From an uncultured Lentisphaeria bacterium (lineage in GTDB: Bacteria > Verrucomicrobiota > Lentisphaeria > Victivallales > Victivallaceae): 64,000 bases of DNA. Under the pieces are notes generated by a model. The model worked only from the letters and a program-made list of their open reading frames with translations, was not told the origin of the DNA and made no database searches. The position numbers were made by a program, and so were the translations under genes. The stretch is taken from the NCBI GenBank assembly GCA_949298075.1, contig CASFVA010000033.1:20806-84805 (forward strand). The letters run 5' to 3'. Of the stretch, positions 46,347 to 55,480 are shown one piece after another. Position 1 is the stretch's first letter; every line of letters begins with the position of its first letter.

Positions 46347-48472
46347 AACCCGGATCCGCCGCCCCCGTCAGGAGCGGATTCATCAGCCGCGAACTTTCCT
46401 GGCTCGACTTCAACGCCCGCGTGCTTGACGAGGCGGAGTGTCCGGCCAATCCGCTGCTGGAACGGCTGAAATTCATCGCGATCGTCTCCGGCAACCTCGA
46501 CGAATTCTTCATGGTGCGGATCGCCGGACTCCGCCAGCTGGTCAGCGCCGGACGGGATCTGCCCGACCCCGCCGGACGGCGTCCCTCGGAACAGCTCGCC
46601 GCCGCCCGGCTGAAAATCGAACGTCTGGTGCGCCGACAGTACCGGATTCTCGGCGGGGAAATTCTGCCCGGACTCGAAAAAAACGGCATCGCCCTGCGGA
46701 CCATAGCTGAACTGGAACCGGAGGAACGGGTCCGCTTTTCCGAATACTTCCGTGAGCAGGTGCTGCCGGTGCTGACCCCTCTGGCGGTGGACGCCGCCCA
46801 TCCCTTTCCGATTCTCAACTCCGGCGCCATTGAACTGGCCATCAGCCTCAAGCCCCAGAAGAACGGCAATCCGGTTCACGCTTTTGTCGAAGTTCCGGAA
46901 GTGCTTCCGCGTTTCATTCCGGTCCCCGGTCGCCCGGGACGCACGTTCATCCGGCTCGAAGACCTCATTATCGCCAATCTCGACCAGCTTTTCCCCGGCG
47001 GCGTGCTGGAGTGCGCCGCGTTCCGCATCACCCGAGACATGGATTTTTCCATCGAGGACGACAGCGCGGAAGACCTGCTCCGCAGCATCGGTAAAAAGCT
47101 GCTGCTCCGCCGCCATCGCGCCCCGATCCGCCTCGAACTTGAGGCCGGACGCCACGGAGAACTGGTTCAATGGCTCCAGCAGGAGCTGGAACTGGACAAT
47201 CAGTTCTGTTACCGGCTCCACGGTTTTCTGCATCTCAAGCAACTCTTTGAACTGGTCGGCAAGGCTGCGTCGCCCCGGCTGCTCGAACCTCCCTGGCCGC
47301 CGGTGATTCCGCCGGTATTCGAACGTTTTGATTCCGTGTTCGAAGCGATCGACGACGCCGGAACCATTCTGCTCGCTCCGCCGTTTCACTCCTTTTCGCC
47401 GGTAATCCGCCTGCTCAACGAGGCCGCCGCCGACCCGGACGTGCTCGCCATCAAACAGACGCTTTACCGGGTCAGCGGCAACTCCCCGGTGGTGGCGGCG
47501 CTCCGCCGCGCCGCCGAAAACGGCAAGCAGGTCACCGCGCTGGTCGAACTCAAGGCCCGATTCGACGAGGGAAACAACATCGCCTGGGCCCGGGCGCGGG
47601 ATGAGTCGGGCGCCCATGTGGTTTACGGCGTGGCCGGACTGAAAGTGCACTGCAAAGCGCTGCTGATCATCCGCCGCGAAAACGGCGTCATCCGGCGTTA
47701 TGTGCACCTGGCCACCGGGAACTACAATGACAAAACCGCTGCTCTCTACACTGACCTGGGTATCATGAGCAATGATCCGGGACTGTGTTTCGACATTGCC
47801 AATTTGTTCAACCTGCTGACCGGCTACTCCGCGCCGCCGTCCTCGTGGAATCAGGTCGCGGTGTCGCCATTCAGCCTGCGTTCCCGGCTCGAAGCGCTCA
47901 TTGAACGGGAAATCCGTCACACCAAATCGGGCCGGCCCGGCCGCATCATCGCCAAAATGAACAGCCTCTGCGATGAAAAAACAGTGGAACTGCTTCACCG
48001 GGCCGCCGACGCGGGGGTGGAAATTGACCTCATCGTGCGCGGCATCTGCTCCTATCTGCCCAAGCCGGGGCAGGAAAATCTCCGGATCGTCAGCATTGTA
48101 GACCGCTTTCTGGAGCACAGCCGGGTTTTTTATTTCCGCAACCAGGGCGATGAAGAATTCTACCTGGCCAGCGCCGACTGGATGACCCGGAACCTTGACC
48201 GCCGCATCGAACTGATGTTTCCCGTGCATTCGCCCGGCGTCCGCGAAACGCTGCGGAAGCTGCTGGAGTTTCAACTGGCCGACACCGATAAAATCCGGCG
48301 GCTGCAGGCCTCCGGCGTCTATACCCGGCCGCACATCAAATCCTATACCGATGCCCGCAGTCAGCGCCGCAGCTACCGTTTCTTCAAGGACCAGGCCGAA
48401 GCCGAACGCCGGACCTCGCCGGGAACTGAACTTAAAGTATTCACCGCGCCGCCGAAAACCGACACGCCCTGA
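46343..48472 (+). CDS. ppk1: Polyphosphate kinase 1
   Basis: 709 aa with all four PPK1 domains. The N-terminus is FISRELSWLDFNARVL, and the C-terminal PLD-like part contains the catalytic His motifs (LHCKALLI). The RBS GAGGAGG precedes the start. Confidence 0.9.
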   Translation: MKPGSAAPVRSGFISRELSWLDFNARVLDEAECPANPLLERLKFIAIVSGNLDEFFMVRIAGLRQLVSAGRDLPDPAGRRPSEQLAAARLKIERLVRRQYRILGGEILPGLEKNGIALRTIAELEPEERVRFSEYFREQVLPVLTPLAVDAAHPFPILNSGAIELAISLKPQKNGNPVHAFVEVPEVLPRFIPVPGRPGRTFIRLEDLIIANLDQLFPGGVLECAAFRITRDMDFSIEDDSAEDLLRSIGKKLLLRRHRAPIRLELEAGRHGELVQWLQQELELDNQFCYRLHGFLHLKQLFELVGKAASPRLLEPPWPPVIPPVFERFDSVFEAIDDAGTILLAPPFHSFSPVIRLLNEAAADPDVLAIKQTLYRVSGNSPVVAALRRAAENGKQVTALVELKARFDEGNNIAWARARDESGAHVVYGVAGLKVHCKALLIIRRENGVIRRYVHLATGNYNDKTAALYTDLGIMSNDPGLCFDIANLFNLLTGYSAPPSSWNQVAVSPFSLRSRLEALIEREIRHTKSGRPGRIIAKMNSLCDEKTVELLHRAADAGVEIDLIVRGICSYLPKPGQENLRIVSIVDRFLEHSRVFYFRNQGDEEFYLASADWMTRNLDRRIELMFPVHSPGVRETLRKLLEFQLADTDKIRRLQASGVYTRPHIKSYTDARSQRRSYRFFKDQAEAERRTSPGTELKVFTAPPKTDTP

Positions 48473-48496
48473 CCGCCGATCCGGAACCGGACGTTC

Positions 48497-49222
48497 TCAT
48501 CCGGCTCCGGCCGGAGCCAGGGTGCGCAGTTTCCAGCCGCCCCGGGAATACTCAAGCAGGCGCAGGTAGTCCGGGCGCGCCTCCCGCTCCCGCCGGAAAA
48601 ATCCGGCGATGAACGGCGTCACCGCCCGGTCAAGAGTCACCGGCTCCGCCGGCCAGTGAAAATGGCCTCCCCCCCAGAAAGTTCGTTCGAAATGCGCGGC
48701 GAAACACTCCGTCAGCCGGGCACTGTCATCAAGGTAGATGCCCGGTTCCGCCGTTCTGGAACACGCCCCCGCCAGCGGCACATGGGTGCCGACCACCGCG
48801 AACCGGGTGCCGGCAGCGGCGGCAGCCGCGGTCAGCCGCCGCAGTTGTGCCGCGGAAAACCGGTGGTCGAATTCCAGTTCGGGACTGAGCATGAACAGCG
48901 TGACCTCAGGGGAAATCCGTTCAATCACCTCGACCGGCTGCCCCAGAACCCGGGTAAAAAAACCGCGTTCCCGCCTCAGGCAGCACGAACGCACCGGCAT
49001 CCCGAGGCTTTCGCGCCACCGCCGGTATTCCCGGAAAAGCGCCAGAGGGTCCGCGCCCGGACGAAGCACTCCGGCGCGGCTCACGGTATCCCCCAGATCC
49101 AACACCAGATCGGGAGAGATTTCCGCGATCCGGCGCCGGAGCTCCGCCAGGCGCCGGCGGCAGAACTCCGGACTCGACCCGGCATCCCCCAGATGCAGGT
49201 CGGAAATCCACAATATTTTCAT
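48497..49222 (-). CDS. Metallophosphoesterase
   Basis: MKILWISDLHLG...DLVLDLGD... The RBS AGGAG lies 9 nt before ATG 49222, an internal start relative to track ORF 48497..49306. Confidence 0.6.
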   Translation of the reverse strand: MKILWISDLHLGDAGSSPEFCRRRLAELRRRIAEISPDLVLDLGDTVSRAGVLRPGADPLALFREYRRWRESLGMPVRSCCLRRERGFFTRVLGQPVEVIERISPEVTLFMLSPELEFDHRFSAAQLRRLTAAAAAAGTRFAVVGTHVPLAGACSRTAEPGIYLDDSARLTECFAAHFERTFWGGGHFHWPAEPVTLDRAVTPFIAGFFRREREARPDYLRLLEYSRGGWKLRTLAPAGAG

Positions 49223-49250
49223 GCCCGCCAGCTCCTCTTTTCCCCGGCGG

Positions 49251-49934
49251 TTATCCCGAGTACGCAGTGAGATTGGACGTAACGGTTTCAGAAGGCATGA
49301 AATCAATTGACGTCAGCCGGCGTACCCGCACCGTCCCGTCGGGTTCGACCGCAAACTCCGACAACGCACAGTTCCAGTAATAAAACGGCGAATCGGCCGC
49401 CCCGGCCCGGACCAGCAAATCCCGGGTGAGTGCGGTGACCGTCGCCCCGTGCCCGACCAGCAGCACCTCGGTCTCCGCCGGAGCTGCCGCCAACAGCTGC
49501 CGGAGCCAGGGCCCGGTGCGGGCTTCGACCTCGGTCATACTCTCGGCTCCAGAGACCATCCAGTCGGACTGGAGAACGCCATCGGACGCCAGTGCGCCGA
49601 AACGCTCCCTCAATTCCGCCAGAGTCCGTCCCCTTTCCGGACACGCAGGATCAAAACGCAGTTCCTGAAGCGCCGGCTCCAGACAAAACCGGCAACCGCA
49701 TTCAGCGGCGATCACATCGGCGGTTTCGGCCGTCCGCAGATACGGCGAAGCGATAATCCGGCCGGCAAATCCCGCCGACTTCAGAAATCCGCCCAGCCGC
49801 CGCGCCTGTTCGCGCCCCCGCGCCGTCAGCGCGAAATCCCCCGGCGGCAGCTCATGACTCAAACCGGGACGCAAACCGCCGATCGCCGGCTGTCCGTGAC
49901 GTGCAATCCAGATCACCATTTGCCGGGATACCAC
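49251..49934 (-). CDS. Histidine phosphatase family protein (phosphoglycerate mutase-like)
   Basis: The RHG catalytic motif is IWIARHGQP, with a later His in VGHGATV. The start is 49934 or 49919. Confidence 0.6.
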   Translation of the reverse strand: MVSRQMVIWIARHGQPAIGGLRPGLSHELPPGDFALTARGREQARRLGGFLKSAGFAGRIIASPYLRTAETADVIAAECGCRFCLEPALQELRFDPACPERGRTLAELRERFGALASDGVLQSDWMVSGAESMTEVEARTGPWLRQLLAAAPAETEVLLVGHGATVTALTRDLLVRAGAADSPFYYWNCALSEFAVEPDGTVRVRRLTSIDFMPSETVTSNLTAYSG

Positions 49935-50662
49935 TGCAGCTCCGGATCCAACCCCATGTCTTCCACCAGACGCCAGAGCCCGGCGGCAAACTTCTGACGG
50001 CCGGTGTCGTGCGCATCCGAACCGATGCTGTACCGCACCCCGCTCCGGCGAACCCGGTCCAGAAAAGCCAGCCAGCCGGGTTCAGAAATATCGCGGCAAT
50101 TCAGTTCAATCGCCTTGCCGTGCCGGCGGCACAAATCAAGCAGCGTCTCCTGCCATGGCAGCGGCACCAGATCGAAACTCCAGCGCGGCACCGCTCCGGC
50201 GGCGGCATAGCGCAATCCGGAAATAAACGGATGCCCGATGACATCAATATTCGGGTTGTGTTCCGCCGCGGCCGCAAGCCGGACAAACTCCTCGCCGAGA
50301 TATACGGAAAATCCCGCCGGATCCGGCGGCCCCAGATGCACCGAACCGATCACATAATCCAGTTTCAGCAGCTCCCGTCCACGGATGGTGCAGCTGTCCA
50401 GTCCGCCCGGGAGCAGGTCGGCTTCAACCCCGCGGAAACACTCCGGATCCGCCACCGCCTCGAACTCCGTGCGCAGCTCCTCCAGGCACGGCCAGGGATG
50501 ACGCGGCGAGGCGTTGCAGTGTTCGACAATGCCAACCCGCCGCGTCCCGTTGCTCCGGGCGGCAGCTATCTGTTCAGCCACGGTGGCGCCGCCGGGATCC
50601 TCCGGATTTTCCCGGCGCCGGTAGCGGGTGGCGTGAATATGAAAATCATCGCGGTCAGCCAT
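49913..50662 (-). CDS. PHP-domain phosphoesterase (histidinol-phosphatase-like)
   Basis: The N-terminal metal-binding motif is DFHIHA, with GSDAHD near the C-terminus. It overlaps the downstream histidine phosphatase gene start. Confidence 0.55.
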   Translation of the reverse strand: MADRDDFHIHATRYRRRENPEDPGGATVAEQIAAARSNGTRRVGIVEHCNASPRHPWPCLEELRTEFEAVADPECFRGVEADLLPGGLDSCTIRGRELLKLDYVIGSVHLGPPDPAGFSVYLGEEFVRLAAAAEHNPNIDVIGHPFISGLRYAAAGAVPRWSFDLVPLPWQETLLDLCRRHGKAIELNCRDISEPGWLAFLDRVRRSGVRYSIGSDAHDTGRQKFAAGLWRLVEDMGLDPELQWYPGKW

Positions 50663-50686
50663 AACCGACTCTCCCGGCTGAAGCGC

Positions 50687-51751
50687 TCAGTGCGCCGGAG
50701 CACTGAGCGCCAGGGTCAGGCGCTCAAGAACAAAACGCCGGTCGCCGCGTCCGGAAACCAGATCGCGGGCCGCATTGCGGATCAGATTGAGCCGGGCCGC
50801 CAGCTCCGCGTCGCTGAACGCCGCCGCCCCCTGACAGATTTTAAACGCCCGATAGGGGTGCAGTTTCAGCAGGGGATTGTCGGGATAGCGCTCCTTTTCG
50901 CCGGCCAACGCGTCAAAAGTCCGGGGATTGACCCGGGTTATGCCCAATTCGCGCATGGCCTGACGGGTCTGAATCATTTTCTGGAACTCACCCGAAAGTA
51001 CACTCAGAATCCGCATTTCCGAATCACCGGGCGACAGTATGATGTCCAGCAGTTTCAGCGCCGCCTCCGGTTTCGACTCCACCACGGCGGAGGTGTACTC
51101 CCAGCTCACGGCCTCCGGAGTACGGCTCACCACCGCGGTGCAGTCTCCGAGACTGATGTCCACGGCTTCCCCGGCATAGCAGCACACCTTTTCCAGCTCG
51201 CTGGCCAGCACCCCGGCGTCGCCGCCGACCGCTTCCAGCAGGAACTGAACCGCTTCAGGAGCAATGCGTTTTCCGGCCCGGCGCACCGTATCCATAATTT
51301 CGGCCCGGCGGCGCTCCGCCGCGCCCCGGTCACCGCTCCGGACGGCGGAACAGACGATGAACTCCGCCCCCGCCGCCTTGAGCGACCGGGCATAGCTTTT
51401 ACGCTGGTCAAATCCGGGACCGTCAATCACCACGGTGAGTTCCGGCGGCAGCGGCCGGCTCAGAAAATCCAGCACCTCCCGTGCCGCCGGGACCGGGTCC
51501 GCCGCCCCGAAAGGCGACAGATCGGCGGCATGCCGCAGCCAGACCACCTTCTCCGGAGTCAGAAACGGCGGAGTCCGGAGCGCTTCCAGCAACCGGCCGG
51601 CCACCGCGTCAAACCGGAGTTCGCCGCTGTCGCCGGGAACGATTTCCAGGGCGTCAGCATCAGCTCCGGCGGTCAGGTCTTCCACGGCCTCCCGCGCACG
51701 CTGCTTGCGCAGAAAGTCGTCATCTCCGGAAATTATCAGCAGTTTTCCCAT
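50687..51751 (-). CDS. holA: DNA polymerase III delta subunit
   Basis: The N-terminus LLIISGDDDFLRKQ plus clamp-loader delta-like helical domains. I chose ATG 51751; the track start at 51805 is a TTG codon. Confidence 0.7.
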   Translation of the reverse strand: MGKLLIISGDDDFLRKQRAREAVEDLTAGADADALEIVPGDSGELRFDAVAGRLLEALRTPPFLTPEKVVWLRHAADLSPFGAADPVPAAREVLDFLSRPLPPELTVVIDGPGFDQRKSYARSLKAAGAEFIVCSAVRSGDRGAAERRRAEIMDTVRRAGKRIAPEAVQFLLEAVGGDAGVLASELEKVCCYAGEAVDISLGDCTAVVSRTPEAVSWEYTSAVVESKPEAALKLLDIILSPGDSEMRILSVLSGEFQKMIQTRQAMRELGITRVNPRTFDALAGEKERYPDNPLLKLHPYRAFKICQGAAAFSDAELAARLNLIRNAARDLVSGRGDRRFVLERLTLALSAPAH

Positions 51752-51985
51752 AATGCATTTGCCTTCAATTTTCGGGAATATACGCCTCCCCCCCGCCTTT
51801 TGCAAGAAAAACCGGGTTTTCTTTCAAAAAAAATCGTTAATTTTTCATTCAATCCGCCCCGCAATGGTTGCAATATTTTTTTAGCGGGGTATTTTTAGAC
51901 CCTGACAACGGGGTTGTCGATTTTCAACATGAGCGGGAATCCGTTCCCGGTGGTTCAACTCGCGATTTTTGAGAAAGGCTGTACA

Positions 51986-53185
51986 ATGCGAATCGATGTT
52001 GAAGATTATTATCTGCCCGAAGACTGGAAGCGCATCCGGGAGGAAGCCGACCGCCACGAAACGCCGTTTCTCATCGTCAACCTGGATATTATCCGGCGCA
52101 AATACGAAGAGTTGCGGAAGTTTTTCCCTTTTGCCAAAGTATATTATGCGGTAAAATCCAATCCGGCGGTCGAAGTTCTGAAGCTGCTCCGCGACCTGGG
52201 CTCCTGTTTCGACGTCGCCTCGCGCTACGAACTCGACCGGCTGCTCTCGCTCGGCATCGACGCCTCCCGGGTCAGCTACGGCAATACGATCAAAAAAGCC
52301 GCCGACATTGAATATTTTTATCGGAAAGGGGTCCGTCTCTTCGCCACCGACAGCGAACAGGACGTCCGCAACCTGGCCAAATTCGCGCCCGGATCCAGGG
52401 TGTTCTGCCGGATTCTCACCGAAGGCAGCGAAACTGCCGACTGGCCGCTTTCCCGCAAATTCGGCTGCCATCCCGATATGGCAATCGACCTGCTGCTGAT
52501 GGCCAAAAAACAGGGACTTCACCCCTGCGGCATCAGTTTCCACGTCGGATCCCAGCAGCGCGAAATCGGCACCTGGGACTCCGCAATCGCCAAAGTGCGT
52601 TACATTTTCGACTATATGCAGGAGGAAGGCATCAAGCTCAGCCTCATCAACATGGGCGGCGGCTTTCCGGCCAACTACATCAGCAAAACCAACGCCATGG
52701 AGGTCTACGCCGAAGAGATCACCCGCTACCTTCAGGAAGACTTCGGCGACGAACTTCCCGAAATCATTCTGGAACCCGGCCGCTCGCTGGTCGGCGAATC
52801 CGGAGTCATCGTCAGTGAAGTCGTGCTCATCAGCCAGAAGTCGACCACCGGCGTGGACAAGTGGCTCTACGTCGATGTGGGCCGGTTCAACGGTCTGATT
52901 GAAACCTGGGATGAAAGCATCAAGTATCCGCTCTACTGCGAAGCCTACGGCCGGCTCAGCGAGGACTTCATCATTGCCGGGCCGACCTGCGACAGCCAGG
53001 ATATCATGTACGAATTCTTCCGCAACCCCCTGCCCTCGCACGTCGAACCCGGCGACCGGATTTACTGGCTGAGCTGCGGAGCTTACACGTCCAGCTATGC
53101 CTCGGTGGAATTCAACGGCTTCCCACCGCTGCCGGTCTACTTCATCGGCTCGGATCTGAAACCGGAAGAGCCCGCTTCAAAGTGA
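51986..53185 (+). CDS. Type III PLP-dependent ornithine/lysine decarboxylase (Orn/DAP/Arg decarboxylase family 2, ODC-like)
   Basis: The PLP-Lys region is YAVKSNP, followed by GGGFPANY, EPGRSLVGESG, and the C-terminal beta-barrel motif GPTCDSQDIM...WLSCGAYT. Confidence 0.75.
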   Translation: MRIDVEDYYLPEDWKRIREEADRHETPFLIVNLDIIRRKYEELRKFFPFAKVYYAVKSNPAVEVLKLLRDLGSCFDVASRYELDRLLSLGIDASRVSYGNTIKKAADIEYFYRKGVRLFATDSEQDVRNLAKFAPGSRVFCRILTEGSETADWPLSRKFGCHPDMAIDLLLMAKKQGLHPCGISFHVGSQQREIGTWDSAIAKVRYIFDYMQEEGIKLSLINMGGGFPANYISKTNAMEVYAEEITRYLQEDFGDELPEIILEPGRSLVGESGVIVSEVVLISQKSTTGVDKWLYVDVGRFNGLIETWDESIKYPLYCEAYGRLSEDFIIAGPTCDSQDIMYEFFRNPLPSHVEPGDRIYWLSCGAYTSSYASVEFNGFPPLPVYFIGSDLKPEEPASK

Positions 53186-53488
53186 ACTGATTTCCTCCCG
53201 GACAAATTCTCCGGAACAAAGTCCGCGCCTCCCGCCGTCCAGGCGCTGTTCCGGTACAGACTGGCCGGGAGTTTTTCATATTATCCCATCCCGGGGCAGC
53301 GGTTTGCCCGGAGTACTTTCCCGGCGCCGTCCTCTCAGCCGTCAGACGCGACGGCCCGCCGGGGAAACGGTAAAAAACGGCGGTGCGACGCGGATGCCTC
53401 CCCTCCCCGAGGCGGGATTGAGAGGCGATCCTGAAGAAAGTCCACACCATCCTGACTCCGCCGGCGGCGGCGCGTTATCCCGATGTCG

Positions 53489-55468
53489 TCAGTCGCAGTG
53501 AATACGATCGTTTTCGAGGCGCAGGGCCTCCAGTTCGGCGGCGGCCTCTTCCCACTCCGTCTCGGTGGCGGCAATGGCTTTTTCAACGTCGGCCAGTTCG
53601 CGGTTCACGGCGGCGAAGTTCAGCTTCATGCCGCTGGCCAGTTTGGTCAGCAGAATTTTGCGTTTTTCCGAATCGGCGTCCAGCCGCTCCTCCAGCGCTT
53701 CCAGCCGTTCCCGGGCCCGCTTGAGATCGCCGGCCAGCGCCTGACGCGCCCGAGCCCGCGCCCGGCGCCGCTCCCGGGCTGTTTCCGCGCCGCCGGAGGA
53801 ATCGCAAGCCCCCGGCGAAGCCATGGCGTCCGCTGCCGCGGATCCCATCCCCAGCTGGGCGGATTTTTCCAGATAGTAGTCGTAATTGCCCCAGTAGCGG
53901 CGCAGACCCCCGTCTTCCACGGCCAGAATCGACGTCGCCGTATTCCGGACGAATTCGATATCATGGCTAACCAGACAGACGGTGCCGCTGTAGCCGGCAA
54001 TCGCCCGCTGCAGCAATTCCCGTGCGGCGAGATCCAGATGGGTGGTCGGCTCATCGAGAATCAGCAGGTTGGGCGGATTGACGAAAATCCGCGCCAGCTG
54101 CAGCCGGATGCGCTCGCCGCCCGACAGCACACCGCAGGGCTTGGATACCGCATCGCCGGAAAACCCGAACGATCCCAGCACGTTGCACAGTCCGGACACC
54201 GAGGCTCCGGGCGGCAAGGCCTCCCGCACTGCGTCGTAGACGCTCATCTCGTCGCTGAGCAGCTCCGAAAATTCCTGCGCCTGATAACCGATCACGGTGC
54301 GGTGGCCGACCACCACCCGGCCGGCCAGCGGCTGCAGCCGCCCCGCCAGCAGTTTAAGAAATGTGGTTTTTCCCCGCCCGTTGTAACCGATTACCGCCAC
54401 CTTGTCACCGGAGTCAATTGTCAAATCAAGATCTTTGAAAAGCAGCCGGTCGGGAGTATATCCGAAGCTCAAACGCTCCATCCGGATCGCTTCGGTACCC
54501 CCGGGCGGCGGAGCCGGAAACCGGATGACCCCACGGTAATCCAGCGTCTCCTGCAGCTCCACCACCTCCATCGCCTCAAGCTTCTTCTGCCAGCTCCTGG
54601 CCTGTGCGGCCTTCGTACTCTTGGCCCGGAACCGTTCAATCACCCGCTCCATCTGCTCGCGTTTGCGGTCACTGTTGCGTTTGGCCGCTTCCAGGGCATG
54701 CTGCCGGCTGTCGCGTTCCCGGCGATAATAATCATAGTCGCCCGGATAGCGGATCACGGTTCCCCCGTTGACTTCGAGCGTAACCGCCGCCAGCTTGCGC
54801 AGCAGAAACCGGTCGTGCGAAATCAGCATGAGCGTACCGGGGAAACCGGCGAGGAAACGGCACAGCCACTCGATGGCCGGCACGTCGAGGTAGTTGGACG
54901 GCTCGTCCAGCAGCAGCGTGTCCGGGTGTGAAATCAGCACCCGGGCCAGCGCCGCCCGCATCTGCCAGCCGCCCGAGAACTCCCTGAGGGGGCGATCAAA
55001 GGATGACACCGGAAATCCCAGGTTGCTCAGGGCCTGCTTGGCCTCAAGATCGAGCCGGTAGACTCCGAGGTGCTCAACCATGGTCTGCAGCACGCCGTGC
55101 CGCTTCAATGCCCGGTCGAGCGCCTGATCGTCGTCCAAACCGCGCTCCAGCGCGGTCTCAAGATCCTTGAGTTCCGCGATGTACCCCGGTAGCTCCGGAA
55201 TGGCGTCGGCGGTAAAATCGAGCAGTGACCGCTCCAGTTCCGCCGGATCAATGCGCTGGCGCATGATTCCCAGCCGGTGGTCGCGCGGAATGGCCACCGT
55301 GCCGGAATCGGGAACCACTTCTCCGGTGATGATACCGAAAATCGTACTCTTGCCCGCTCCGTTGGGCCCGACCACTCCGACCCGCTCGCCGGAGTTGACC
55401 CGGAAACTCACATCCTTTAAAATGTATTTGCCGAAATAGCTTTTGGAAATATTCTGGAAGTCAATCAT
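53489..55468 (-). CDS. ABC-F family ATPase (tandem ABC domains + C-terminal coiled coil, Uup-like)
   Basis: Two Walker A motifs (GPNGAGKST and GYNGRGKTT), two LSGGxxxRL signatures (LSGGWQMR/LSGGERIR), no TM domain, and a C-terminal Arg/Glu-rich coiled coil. Confidence 0.85.
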   Translation of the reverse strand: MIDFQNISKSYFGKYILKDVSFRVNSGERVGVVGPNGAGKSTIFGIITGEVVPDSGTVAIPRDHRLGIMRQRIDPAELERSLLDFTADAIPELPGYIAELKDLETALERGLDDDQALDRALKRHGVLQTMVEHLGVYRLDLEAKQALSNLGFPVSSFDRPLREFSGGWQMRAALARVLISHPDTLLLDEPSNYLDVPAIEWLCRFLAGFPGTLMLISHDRFLLRKLAAVTLEVNGGTVIRYPGDYDYYRRERDSRQHALEAAKRNSDRKREQMERVIERFRAKSTKAAQARSWQKKLEAMEVVELQETLDYRGVIRFPAPPPGGTEAIRMERLSFGYTPDRLLFKDLDLTIDSGDKVAVIGYNGRGKTTFLKLLAGRLQPLAGRVVVGHRTVIGYQAQEFSELLSDEMSVYDAVREALPPGASVSGLCNVLGSFGFSGDAVSKPCGVLSGGERIRLQLARIFVNPPNLLILDEPTTHLDLAARELLQRAIAGYSGTVCLVSHDIEFVRNTATSILAVEDGGLRRYWGNYDYYLEKSAQLGMGSAAADAMASPGACDSSGGAETARERRRARARARQALAGDLKRARERLEALEERLDADSEKRKILLTKLASGMKLNFAAVNRELADVEKAIAATETEWEEAAAELEALRLENDRIHCD

Positions 55469-55480
55469 ATCCGGGTAAAA

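Noticed and set aside
46271-48334. 687-aa minus-strand ORF
   Set aside because: It lies antisense to ppk1, which has full-length conserved domains.
49901-51898. 665-aa plus-strand ORF
   Set aside because: It lies antisense to the PHP and holA genes and has low-complexity composition.
53483-54931. 482-aa plus-strand ORF; also 55847..57250 (467 aa), 57968..58747 (259 aa) and 59322..60503 (393 aa, minus)
   Set aside because: These lie antisense to ABC-F, to the coiled-coil gene, to nadK and SpoU, and to lpxA respectively. All those real genes carry diagnostic motifs.
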